This document shows positions 9,018 through 21,511 of a DNA stretch of 64,000 bases, in pieces. Source of the DNA: Gemmatimonadales bacterium (lineage in GTDB: Bacteria; Gemmatimonadota; Gemmatimonadetes; Gemmatimonadales; GWC2-71-9). A program made the position numbers and the translations under genes. Below the pieces are notes generated by a model that did no database searches, was not told the origin of the DNA, and saw nothing but the letters and a program-made list of their open reading frames with translations. The DNA is taken from contig JBBCJC010000002.1 in the NCBI GenBank assembly GCA_037189525.1, positions 1,120,001 through 1,184,000 on the forward strand. The letters run 5' to 3'. Each line of letters starts with the position of its first letter. Positions within the stretch are counted from its first letter, which is position 1.

Positions 9018-10880
9018 ATGCGAGGCCCCACGTCGTTGGCGCTGTTGGCAGGACTGTTCCTGAGTGCGACCCCTGAGATCAGGGAACAACCGGTTGGTAC
9101 CATCGAGGGCATTGTCCGGGACCCCAATGCCGCTCCGATTGCGGGGGCCGTCGTGGTGGTCGAGGGCACCGGGGCCCGGGCCACCTCCGATCGGGCGGGG
9201 CGCTACCTCCTGTCCGGCGTGCCCGCGGGACCGGTCGATTTGACCGTCCGGGCCGTCGGATATGTCCTCGAACGGAGACGGGTTGACCTCGGGAGTGGAC
9301 AGCGCCGAACCGTCGATTTCGTCCTGGCACCGGTTCCGGTCCAGCTCAACGAGACCGTGGTGACCCAGGCGCATCCCGCGTCGCCGCGCGCCGAGAAAAT
9401 GATGGCCCGGTCGGCGGCGGGGGTTTTCTACGCCCCGCGCGACTTCAATATCGAGGAGTACCGGCATTTTCGCGACAACGACTGGACCTCGCCCAGCCGG
9501 CAGCCGCTGTCCACCTTCGCGGTGGACGTCGATGCCGGCAGCTACGGAAATGTCCGCCGCTTCCTCAAGGAAGGACGCCTTCCGCCCAAGGATGCGGTCC
9601 GCGTCGAAGAAATGATCAACTACTTCCGCTATGACTATGCGGCCCCGCGGAGCGGTCAGCCGATTGCCGTAACGACCGAACTGGCCCGGTCGCCCTGGAA
9701 TCCGAGCCATCGTCTGGCGCTGATCGGGTTGCAGACGGAACCGCTGGCCCTCGAAAATCTGCCACCGAGCAATCTCGTTTTCCTAATTGACGTGAGCGGG
9801 TCGATGTCGAGCCCGGACAAGCTGCCGCTGGTCAAGGCCGCGTTCCGGCTCCTCGTAAACGAACTCCGGGACGACGATCGCGTGGCCATCGTGGTCTACG
9901 CTGGCGCCGCCGGTGTAGTGCTGCCCTCGACCAGCGGACGGGAAAAGACCCGGATCCTCGATGCCCTGGAGCAACTCCAGGCCGGCGGGTCGACGGCCGG
10001 CGGAGCGGGGATCAAGCTCGCCTACCAGGTGGCGCGTGAACACTTTGCCCGCGAGGGGAACAACCGCGTCATCCTCGCGAGCGACGGCGATTTCAACGTG
10101 GGCGCGTCGAGCGAGGGTGAACTGGTCCGGTTGATCGAGGCCGAACGTCGCGGAGGCGTCTTCCTCACCGTGCTCGGCTTTGGCACCGGCAATCTGAAGG
10201 ACGCCAAGATGGAGCAGCTGGCCAACAAGGGGAACGGCCACTATGCCTACGTCGACGATCTGCTCGAGGCCAAGAAAGTCTTCGTGCAGGAACTCGGCGC
10301 CACGCTCCACACCGTGGCCAAGGACGTGAAAATCCAGGTCGAATTCAATCCGGCGCGGGTCAAGTCGTATCGGTTGGTGGGCTACGAAAATCGCCTGCTC
10401 GCCGACCGGGACTTCAACGACGACACCAAGGATGCCGGCGAGATGGGGGCGGGACATGCGGTGACCGCTCTCTACGAAATCGTGCCCGCCGACGGCGACG
10501 ATCGGAGCGGTTCCGTCGATCCGCTCAGGTATCAGCGGCCTCGCGCAGGTAGCGGTTCCGATGACTGGTTTACCGTCAAGGTTCGCTACCAGCGGCCGGA
10601 GGGATCTCCCAGCCGCTTGATCGAACATGCCGTCCGGCAGGAAAGCGCTCGTCCGTCGGCCGACTTCCGCTTTGCCGGCGCCGTCGCCGGGTTCGGGATG
10701 TTGCTGCGGGATTCGGAGCACAAGGGCAACGCCTCGTACGATGCCGTGATTGCCGCGGCGCGTGGAGCCAAAGGCGCGGACACCGAAGGCTATCGGGCCG
10801 AGTTCATCCGGCTGGTCGAAATGGCGGCACGAGTGGGCGGCCCGGGACGGGAACTCTCGGAAGGGCGCCGGGAGCGTTAG
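9018..10880 (+). CDS. Secreted vWA-domain protein (YfbK-like) with N-terminal carboxypeptidase-regulatory-like domain
   Basis: PLSTFAVDVD, MIDAS DVSGS, SDGDFNVG, IAKDVK-like VAKDVKIQVEFNP, YRLVGYENR; GGAG Shine-Dalgarno before ATG 9018. Confidence 0.9.
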   Translation: MRGPTSLALLAGLFLSATPEIREQPVGTIEGIVRDPNAAPIAGAVVVVEGTGARATSDRAGRYLLSGVPAGPVDLTVRAVGYVLERRRVDLGSGQRRTVDFVLAPVPVQLNETVVTQAHPASPRAEKMMARSAAGVFYAPRDFNIEEYRHFRDNDWTSPSRQPLSTFAVDVDAGSYGNVRRFLKEGRLPPKDAVRVEEMINYFRYDYAAPRSGQPIAVTTELARSPWNPSHRLALIGLQTEPLALENLPPSNLVFLIDVSGSMSSPDKLPLVKAAFRLLVNELRDDDRVAIVVYAGAAGVVLPSTSGREKTRILDALEQLQAGGSTAGGAGIKLAYQVAREHFAREGNNRVILASDGDFNVGASSEGELVRLIEAERRGGVFLTVLGFGTGNLKDAKMEQLANKGNGHYAYVDDLLEAKKVFVQELGATLHTVAKDVKIQVEFNPARVKSYRLVGYENRLLADRDFNDDTKDAGEMGAGHAVTALYEIVPADGDDRSGSVDPLRYQRPRAGSGSDDWFTVKVRYQRPEGSPSRLIEHAVRQESARPSADFRFAGAVAGFGMLLRDSEHKGNASYDAVIAAARGAKGADTEGYRAEFIRLVEMAARVGGPGRELSEGRRER

Positions 10881-10895
10881 TTGTGCCATTGCGAC

Positions 10896-10944
10896 AGGGG
10901 CGGGCCGTCTGTCTATTGGTGAAGGGGCAGGCGGCCCCGCTCCT
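10896..10944 (+). terminator. Long imperfect hairpin between the vWA and MliC genes
   Basis: About 19 bp stem (10896-10914 with 10925-10944) needing several G-U pairs on the + strand; only a weak U tract follows. Confidence 0.4.
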
Positions 10945-10962
10945 CTTGCTGGAAGGTGCTCG

Positions 10963-11385
10963 ATGCGTACTCTGATTCCTGTGCTGGTGCTGGTGGCGTC
11001 TGCTTGCTCGGCAGGGGCGCCGCCGGAGTCGACGCCCACCCCGCGGCCGGACGCGCCTGTGACCCCGCCGCCTCCGACCGACACCAATCGGGCCGCTCCG
11101 CCCCCGCCGGAGACGTCGCCCGATGCGGCCAAGCCCTGGCGCGGTACCGTCACCTATCGCTGTTCCGGTGATCGGCTGATCGAAACCAACTACGCCGACG
11201 ACGGCACCGTCGAGGTGCGCTGGAACGGCCGATGGTACACTCTTCGTCCGCAGCAGGCGGCATCCGGCGCGCTCTATGCCAACAGCTCGCTCCGGTGGCA
11301 CACCAAGGGTGAGTCGGCCAACCTGGAAGAGCGAGGCCGGATGGTGGCGTCGGATTGCTCGGTGCGTTCGCGCGGTTCGGACTGA
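10963..11385 (+). CDS. mliC: MliC/PliC-family lysozyme inhibitor lipoprotein
   Basis: Lipobox VASAC, Pro-rich linker, YRC, ASGALY, WHTKGESA, terminal Cys. Confidence 0.85.
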   Translation: MRTLIPVLVLVASACSAGAPPESTPTPRPDAPVTPPPPTDTNRAAPPPPETSPDAAKPWRGTVTYRCSGDRLIETNYADDGTVEVRWNGRWYTLRPQQAASGALYANSSLRWHTKGESANLEERGRMVASDCSVRSRGSD

Positions 11386-11565
11386 CCGGCGCGCCGTAAT
11401 CGTTTCGGCGCTAATCTGCTATCTCCTTCCCGAGTAATCGGTTACCGGCCCGCGTCAGGGCCCGGATCCGCCGTAAGTGTCCCGTAAGCTCTCAGGTCGA
11501 GATTGGATGCGTCGCCGGGCCGAATGGCCCGGCGCGAATCTCGAATGCGGAAGGCTGGGCTTCAT

Positions 11566-12597
11566 ATGGCAGGGCAGGGATGGCGGATCGGGATATTGGT
11601 GCGCGCCGCGGTGCTGGCGGCCGTCGTGTCGGGATGCGGCGGCGATCCGGTAGAGCCGGAGGAGATGGTGGTCGTCGCAGTCTTTTCCGCAGGGGCGGGG
11701 AGCGGGACGGTGACGATCACGCCGTCCACGACCACGTGCACCATCGTCGATGGTGCCGCGGGGGACACCTGCGGAGCGGCGGTCGCGGTCGGCGCCAATG
11801 TCGTCCTCAAGGCGGTGCCGGCAGCCGGGCACAGCTTTGCCGGGTGGGGTGACGATTGCGTCGCGGCGACGACCGATACCTGCTCGCTCCGTGCCGACCT
11901 GCCCCTCTCGGTTAGCGTCACCTTCACGCCAGTTGCGCAGCTGCCGGTGGAGGAGGTCAGGCTGGATCGGACCTCGCTTCGGTTGGGCCTCGGTCAGTCC
12001 GCGAGCCTGGCGGCCCGGGTCTTCGGGCCTGGGGGCGTCGAGCTGGTGGGCCGGCCCGTCACCTGGTCGACCGATGCGCCGAATGTCGTCAACATCCTCG
12101 ACGGCAACATCGCACCCGGCCTGCCGGGGACGGCCATCGTTACCGCAGCGAGCGGCGGCAAGACTGCGACCATGACGGTCGAGGTTCCGGCGCGGGTGAT
12201 GCACGATCTCGCCGAGGTCAACGGAATGGCGCTGCCGGGGGTGATCGAGCTGGAGCAGGTGCTTGGTGAGAACGGCGATCTCTTCGACGTCCGCGTGACC
12301 GCGATTCGCGGGCAGCTCGACGTCGACACGACCACTAACTGGTACCGGCAGCAGATCCGGGTGCAAATCGACGTGCGGCTCGTCACGACCCCCGAGCGCG
12401 AGTTCGAGTTCGACAGCTGGTCGAACTGGTTCGATCACGGCCGAATCGTGTCACAGGGCGCCGACCGCGGGCGTTTTATCTCGGAGTATCTGGAAGGCCG
12501 CGTGGCCGACTACGAACGGACGGCCACCGGGTTCGTGGTCGAGCAGACCGTCGAGCCGAGTGCTATCCCTGCACACTTCCGGTTCGCCCGTCGCTGA
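11566..12597 (+). CDS. Lipoprotein with InlB B-repeat-like and Ig-like (Big_2-like) domains
   Basis: Lipobox VSGC; VLKAVPAAGHSFAGWGDDC; VTWST...GTAIVTAASGGKTA; start approximate. Confidence 0.7.
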   Translation: MAGQGWRIGILVRAAVLAAVVSGCGGDPVEPEEMVVVAVFSAGAGSGTVTITPSTTTCTIVDGAAGDTCGAAVAVGANVVLKAVPAAGHSFAGWGDDCVAATTDTCSLRADLPLSVSVTFTPVAQLPVEEVRLDRTSLRLGLGQSASLAARVFGPGGVELVGRPVTWSTDAPNVVNILDGNIAPGLPGTAIVTAASGGKTATMTVEVPARVMHDLAEVNGMALPGVIELEQVLGENGDLFDVRVTAIRGQLDVDTTTNWYRQQIRVQIDVRLVTTPEREFEFDSWSNWFDHGRIVSQGADRGRFISEYLEGRVADYERTATGFVVEQTVEPSAIPAHFRFARR

Positions 12598-12770
12598 ACA
12601 GGTCGAGCACGCCGCCGGAAGCCGGGGAATCAGGCACCTATCCAGAGGGGTGCGATCGGCAACTTGTTCCTAACCCGTGTTGACACTCCATGGCCTTTGT
12701 CGCAGCTTATCAGAAGCCCCGTGAGGTCGGGAGAACGGTCTCGATGGTCAGTGGTCTGTTGCAGCCCGGC

Positions 12771-13328
12771 ATGACGGTTTCGCGTTCAATCCTGACTCGT
12801 ATCGTCACTGGTGCCGCCATCGCTGTCGTCTGCTGTGCCACCGCTGCCGAGGCGCAACGAGAGCGTGGTGTCGAAGCGGTCGGTGGCCTGAGCCTCGGTG
12901 GAGCACATCAGCGGACGGGTTTTGTGGGGACGCTTCGATACCACCGTCACTCCCCTAATGGCTTGACGGTGGTTCCGCAGATCACGGTAATTCACATGGC
13001 CAGCCGAGTGCCCGACCGATCCACATTCGGTATCGCGGAAGTGTTCGGCGCCCAGGAGGTCACACAGAAACGGCTTCGGCCCGTCATCGGAGGAGGGGCC
13101 GGGATTGTGGTCTGCTGTGGCGGATTAGTCCGGCCAACCCTCCACGCCATGGAAGGGTTCGAGTTCGACCTCGATCGGCGATGGATGCTGCAGTTCGAAA
13201 TCCGGCAGCGTACCCTCCCGCAGCAAACGCCTTCCTTCGAGATGGCCGTTGGAGCGACGGCGCGCCTGTCGTCGCCCCGCGGTCCGGCCGCGTCCGATAG
13301 GCCCACGAGCCGCGCCCGCCTACCGTGA
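12771..13328 (+). CDS. Hypothetical secreted protein, possible small outer-membrane beta-barrel
   Basis: Signal peptide ending AEA-Q; alternating amphipathic strands; overlaps the 3' end of the convergent gene by 9 nt. Confidence 0.5.
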   Translation: MTVSRSILTRIVTGAAIAVVCCATAAEAQRERGVEAVGGLSLGGAHQRTGFVGTLRYHRHSPNGLTVVPQITVIHMASRVPDRSTFGIAEVFGAQEVTQKRLRPVIGGGAGIVVCCGGLVRPTLHAMEGFEFDLDRRWMLQFEIRQRTLPQQTPSFEMAVGATARLSSPRGPAASDRPTSRARLP

Positions 13329-15161
13329 TGCGGAGCCGCTGAGCACGTCGAGCACCACCGGGACTCGGCCAAGCGGGGCCGACACCTGGGCGCCCTGGAC
13401 GCGGTCCCGCACCGCGGCAAGCATTTCACGACCGATTGCCACCCCTTCCGCCAGGGCCGCCTCCTTGCCACGTTCACTGGCGGTGCGCATCCGATCCAGA
13501 ATATGCGCAGGCACCGTCACCCCGGGAACTTCGTTGGCCAGAAACTCGGCGTTGCGCAGCGAGACCAGTGGCCAGATCCCGGCAATGATCGGCAGTCGGA
13601 ACGATTCGACCTGCTTGAGGAAGCGGTCGAGCTGATCCAGGTCGAAGACCGGCTGTGTAATGGCAAACTCGGCGCCGGCTTCGACCTTCCATGCCAGCCG
13701 CCGGAGTTCACGATCGGGATCGACGGCCGCCGGATTGACACCCACCCCGATCACGAAGCGGGTCGGCTGGCCGAGCGGATTTTTGCCGGGGTCGAGACCG
13801 CGGTTCAGCTGGCTCACCAGGTTGGCCAGGCCGATGCTGTCGATGTCGAACACCGCCGTCGCGTCCGGATACGGCCCCATCTTGGGCGGGTCGCCGGTGA
13901 CCAGCAGCAGGTTGCGGAGACCCGCGGCCGCGGCGCCCAGCAGGTCGCTCAGCATGCCCAGCAGGTTGCGGTCGCGACAGGCGTAGTGGACCACCGATTC
14001 GATGCCCACCTGCTGCTCGATCATCAGCCCGGACAAGAGGGCGCCCATCCGGCTCTGCGCCCGGGGGCCGTCGGGCACGTTGACCGCGTCGACCCCTGCC
14101 TGCTTGAGCGCCCGGCACTGATCCAGCATCGGGGTCGGGTCGGTCCCCCTCGGCGGGACGATTTCGACCGTCGTGATGAACTCGCCCCGCGCCAGCTTGG
14201 CACCATAGCGCGACCGCTCGGCCAACGGGGTCGGTTCCACTCCCCCGGCCACCGGCTCTGCCGGTCCGGTAACGACGACCTGATGCGGCGCCACCGACTT
14301 GACGAAGTTCTTGATGGTCTTGATGTGATCCGGCGTCGTTCCGCAGCAACCGCCGACGAACCGGGCCCCCGCTTCCACCATCCGACGGGCGTACTCGGCC
14401 ATGTACTCCGGGCTCGCCATGTAGATCTTGCGGTCGCCCACCTCGCGGGGAAGTCCGGCATTCGGCTGGGCCGAAATCGGGACTCGTACCACCGGGGCCA
14501 GCCGCTCGACCACTTCGAGGATGGTCTGCGGACCGACCGAACAGTTGACGCCGATCACGTCGGCGCCCGCCGCTTCGAGGGCAGGGCCGAACGCCTCGGG
14601 TTCGCTGCCGTAGGCGGTGCGGCCGTCCTGCCCGACGGTCATCTGGACCACGATCGGCAGGTCGCTCACCCGGCGGATTCCGGCCAGGGCGGCGCGGGCC
14701 TCTTCCAGGTCGCTGAAGGTTTCGAGGATGAAGCCGTCGACAACACCGGCGACGAGGCCGGCCGCTTGCCTTGCAAATGCCGCTTCTGCTTCCGCGGCCG
14801 ATGTCTCACCCAGCGGCTCGAGCCGGACGCCGAGTGGTCCGATGGCCCCGACGACCGCGGCGCGGCCGTCGGCGGCCTCGCGCGCCACCACGGCGGCGGC
14901 CGTGTTCAGCTTTTCGGTGTCATCGGCCAGGCCGTAATGCGCCAGCTTGAACGGGTTGGCCCCGAACGTATTGGTCTCGATCAGCTCGGCGCCGTTCCGG
15001 ATGTACTCGCGATGGATATCGCGGACCAGGTCCGGCTGGCGAACCGCCAGTTCGTCGAAGCAGACGTTGAGGAAGACGCCGCGGCCGTACAGCATCGTCC
15101 CCATTGCCCCATCGAAGACATGGACGGCGCCATCGGCAATCAGGTCTTTGAGTGTCGGCAT
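13320..15161 (-). CDS. yitJ: Bifunctional homocysteine S-methyltransferase / 5,10-methylenetetrahydrofolate reductase
   Basis: [25 protein letters not shown] in the N-domain; EIVPP, DGPRA, TGDP, TQPVFD in the MTHFR domain. Confidence 0.93.
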   Translation of the reverse strand: MPTLKDLIADGAVHVFDGAMGTMLYGRGVFLNVCFDELAVRQPDLVRDIHREYIRNGAELIETNTFGANPFKLAHYGLADDTEKLNTAAAVVAREAADGRAAVVGAIGPLGVRLEPLGETSAAEAEAAFARQAAGLVAGVVDGFILETFSDLEEARAALAGIRRVSDLPIVVQMTVGQDGRTAYGSEPEAFGPALEAAGADVIGVNCSVGPQTILEVVERLAPVVRVPISAQPNAGLPREVGDRKIYMASPEYMAEYARRMVEAGARFVGGCCGTTPDHIKTIKNFVKSVAPHQVVVTGPAEPVAGGVEPTPLAERSRYGAKLARGEFITTVEIVPPRGTDPTPMLDQCRALKQAGVDAVNVPDGPRAQSRMGALLSGLMIEQQVGIESVVHYACRDRNLLGMLSDLLGAAAAGLRNLLLVTGDPPKMGPYPDATAVFDIDSIGLANLVSQLNRGLDPGKNPLGQPTRFVIGVGVNPAAVDPDRELRRLAWKVEAGAEFAITQPVFDLDQLDRFLKQVESFRLPIIAGIWPLVSLRNAEFLANEVPGVTVPAHILDRMRTASERGKEAALAEGVAIGREMLAAVRDRVQGAQVSAPLGRVPVVLDVLSGSASR

Positions 15162-15173
15162 CGGTCCCTCCGA

Positions 15174-15257
15174 AAACGCGAAACCCGAGGCTAAAACGGC
15201 CCCGGGCGGCGTTTTAGCGTTTGTTTAACGTGGCCGCAATCAGCGCAAATCACCACG
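15174..15257 (-). ncRNA. SAM-II (SAM-alpha) type riboswitch with terminator/antiterminator, upstream of yitJ
   Basis: Minus strand CGUGGU GAUUUG CGCUGA UUGC GGCCACG UUAAACAAAC GCUAAA (15257-15213) matches the SAM-II hallmarks GAUUU, UGC, GCCAC, GCUAAA; lies directly 5' of a methionine gene. Confidence 0.85.
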
Positions 15258-15332
15258 AGTCTCCCCGGCAAGCTAATGCGGTCGTGAAAACCACGCTATC
15301 GGGCGCGGGGCAGCGGGGATGTCGGTTGGATC

Positions 15333-15381
15333 TTGACGGCCCGCATTCTCGTTCGTATTGTGTAACTGAATGGTTACGCAA
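15333..15381 (+). promoter_or_regulatory. Sigma70 promoter plus palindromic operator for the ArsR gene
   Basis: TTGACG (15333-38), 17-nt spacer, TATTGT (15356-61); inverted repeat TTGTGTAAC-N6-GTTACGCAA (15358-15381) overlapping the ATG. Confidence 0.7.
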
Positions 15382-15717
15382 CGATCGACCCGTGTCTTCG
15401 ATGCGATCGCGGATCCCACCCGTCGCGCGATCCTCGATGCCCTGCGACGTGGTCCGTTGGCTGCCGGAGAGATTGCCGATCTCTTTCCCGTGAGCCGGCC
15501 TGCCGTCTCGCGCCACATTCGAATACTCCGGCAGGCAGGGCTCCTGACCGAACGGCGGGCGGCGCAATCGCGGATCTACTCTCTCGACCCAGAGCCGCTC
15601 CGGAGCGTCGAGCAATGGCTGGCCCACTATCGGGTCTTCTGGGCGGCCCGGTTGATGGATCTCAAGCGGCACGTCGAAGCCGAATCCGCCCGTACTTCTA
15701 AGAAGGATGGCCGCTGA
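15370..15717 (+). CDS. ArsR/SmtB-family transcriptional regulator
   Basis: FDAIADPTRRAILD, SRPAVSRHIRILRQAGL winged HTH. Confidence 0.93.
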   Translation: MVTQRSTRVFDAIADPTRRAILDALRRGPLAAGEIADLFPVSRPAVSRHIRILRQAGLLTERRAAQSRIYSLDPEPLRSVEQWLAHYRVFWAARLMDLKRHVEAESARTSKKDGR

Positions 15718-16613
15718 TGACCTGGGTCCACGAATTTTCGACGCGCCTGGTGACGTCGCCCGAGCGCACCTTCCGAGCGCTCGTCGACGAAGCCGAACTC
15801 CGGGCCTGGTTCGCCGAGTATGCTGACATCGAGCCAAGGGTGGGGGGCAGCTATCGGTTCTGGGGGCGATACACCCTGGGCCTGCCCGGTGCGGAGGACG
15901 CGGACCAGCGTATCGTACGATTCGAGCCCGATCGCGCGCTGGCTTTCAGTTGGAACCTCCTGGGCGTGCCCACCGAGGTTTCGGTGGCCTTGGCGGTAGC
16001 GCCGACCGACGCGAGCGCAGCCGGCGCTCCCGGGCCCATGACATCGGTTACGCTCCACCACCAAGGTGCGCGTGCACTCGCCCAACCTCGCGAGAAGGAG
16101 TTGATCGACGACTTCTGGAGGCTGTCGTTCGGAAATCTCGGCGCCTATCTGATGGGTGCGGAGCTGCTGCGGCCTGACTTTGGCGACCCCTCGCCCGAGA
16201 TTCGCTCCAGCATCCTGATCGATGCGCCTCCGTCCGCCGTGTTTCGTGCCCTGATCGAGCCTGAAGCCCTGAACCGGTGGATTGCAGCGGCAGCCGTGGT
16301 GGAGCCTCGGGTCGGTGGGCGCTTCGAGTTCGGGTGGAAGTACCAGGTTGGCGGCCGCGATGTCACGGGCGGGCCGACCCGGATTCTGGAGTTGATTCCG
16401 GATCGTCGTCTGGTGGTAGACTGGCCGGATTGGCGGGGCGACGAAACGGTCCGGACGCAGCGAGTCAGCTTTGACCTGGAACCGGTAGGTACGCAAACGC
16501 GGGTGGCCCTGGTGCATTCGGGTTTCGAGCGGGCGGCCGATATCAGCGACTACCCATTCGGATGGGGAGACTTTCTCAATCGGCTCGTTCCGGTGGCCGT
16601 GGGTTTGCGGTGA
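15717..16613 (+). CDS. Tandem SRPBCC (AHSA1/START-like) domain protein
   Basis: Two repeats of FRAL...L.xW...EPRVGG; TGATG overlap with arsR. Confidence 0.88.
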   Translation: MTWVHEFSTRLVTSPERTFRALVDEAELRAWFAEYADIEPRVGGSYRFWGRYTLGLPGAEDADQRIVRFEPDRALAFSWNLLGVPTEVSVALAVAPTDASAAGAPGPMTSVTLHHQGARALAQPREKELIDDFWRLSFGNLGAYLMGAELLRPDFGDPSPEIRSSILIDAPPSAVFRALIEPEALNRWIAAAAVVEPRVGGRFEFGWKYQVGGRDVTGGPTRILELIPDRRLVVDWPDWRGDETVRTQRVSFDLEPVGTQTRVALVHSGFERAADISDYPFGWGDFLNRLVPVAVGLR

Positions 16614-16651
16614 CGGCGCAGCCGCGTGAATCGGAAAGGAGCCTTCGAACT

Positions 16652-17527
16652 GTGAAGAAGTCGTCGCTAGCTACGCACCTTGCCGGATCGTTCGGGATTA
16701 CTGCGCTCCTCGTGCTGGGCATGATCTACCCGTTTCTTCCCGGTCGCTACGATGGGCTGGCCGTCGTGCTCTCGACCATGATTCAGGGATTCGGGGTCTT
16801 CGGGCTCCTGCTGGTGCCGGGTGGCGCCATCTGGCTGGTGCACGAGCTGCGAGAGAGAAGGCGGAGCTCACCTTCCGCCGGAACGGCGTACCGATACGGG
16901 ATAGCCTCCGTCATCGTCGGCTCGGTCGTTGCCGTGCTCGTCTCGCTGGTCGCTTTCATGAGCAGCGGCGTCGTCCTGGGGCTGTGTTCGCTGGTCCTAT
17001 GGCTGTATGCCCTGGCCAGGCTGCTTCCTCGGCTCAACGGGTTGAAAACGGTGCTGCCAAGCGTCGTCAACCCGGTGCCGATCTATCTCGCCGTGATCCC
17101 CGTGATGCTCGTGTCCCTCCAGGTGCTGCTGGCGTCTCCCGTCACGACGCTCAGCAGGAACCGCACGATCGCGGGGAGCGCGGAGATACTCGAGGCGATC
17201 GAGCGGCATCGGACCGAGCGGAAGCGCTATCCGAGCTCGTTGCTGGCTGCGTGGAAGGACTATGATCCGCCGGTGGTCGGGGTCGAACGCTTCCACTACC
17301 TGCCGCAGGGCGATGCGTACACCCTGTTCTTCGAGCAGCCCCGTTTCCTTTTCGACAATATCGGCACCAGGGAGTTCGTCGCGTACAACCGGCTCGATGA
17401 GCACCTCATGCCCAGCCACGCCTCGTGGATCTTGTCGTGGCCACCGGAGCAGCTGGCAGAGAACCAGGGATGGTATGCGGTCCATGACACGCCGAGCGCG
17501 CACTGGAAATACTTCTGGTTCGACTGA
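16652..17527 (+). CDS. Hypothetical membrane protein
   Basis: AAGGAG SD before GTG 16652; about 5 TM segments then a soluble C-terminal domain ending WKYFWFD. Confidence 0.7.
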   Translation: MKKSSLATHLAGSFGITALLVLGMIYPFLPGRYDGLAVVLSTMIQGFGVFGLLLVPGGAIWLVHELRERRRSSPSAGTAYRYGIASVIVGSVVAVLVSLVAFMSSGVVLGLCSLVLWLYALARLLPRLNGLKTVLPSVVNPVPIYLAVIPVMLVSLQVLLASPVTTLSRNRTIAGSAEILEAIERHRTERKRYPSSLLAAWKDYDPPVVGVERFHYLPQGDAYTLFFEQPRFLFDNIGTREFVAYNRLDEHLMPSHASWILSWPPEQLAENQGWYAVHDTPSAHWKYFWFD

Positions 17528-17575
17528 CGAGACGAAGGACATCCCAGGGTTTCGTCGGCGCGGGTCTCGGCCTCG

Positions 17576-21298
<3,723 letters not shown>

Positions 21299-21309
21299 GC
21301 AGTCCCCCT

Positions 21310-21393
21310 AACGAGATGCCCGGGGCTGAAAACGCCCCGGGCAAGCGTTTTAGCGTTTGTTTAACGTGGCCGCAATCAGCGCAAATCGCCACG
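21310..21393 (-). ncRNA. SAM-II (SAM-alpha) type riboswitch with terminator/antiterminator, upstream of metH
   Basis: 21345-21393 matches 15209-15257 at 48 of 49 nt; same SAM-II hallmarks. Confidence 0.85.
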
Positions 21394-21511
21394 GAAAGCA
21401 TCGGTTGTCTGCCTGAATAATCTAAGCAAGCGCCATGCCCGATGCCAATCCGTGAGGGCGCGGCCGGGCTTCCCGTGTATTTTCCGCCACCCAATGCATG
21501 AGCAATGATCG

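Noticed and set aside
11020..11135. Pro-rich low-complexity stretch in mliC as a repeat element
   Set aside because: Consistent with an ordinary flexible lipoprotein tether.
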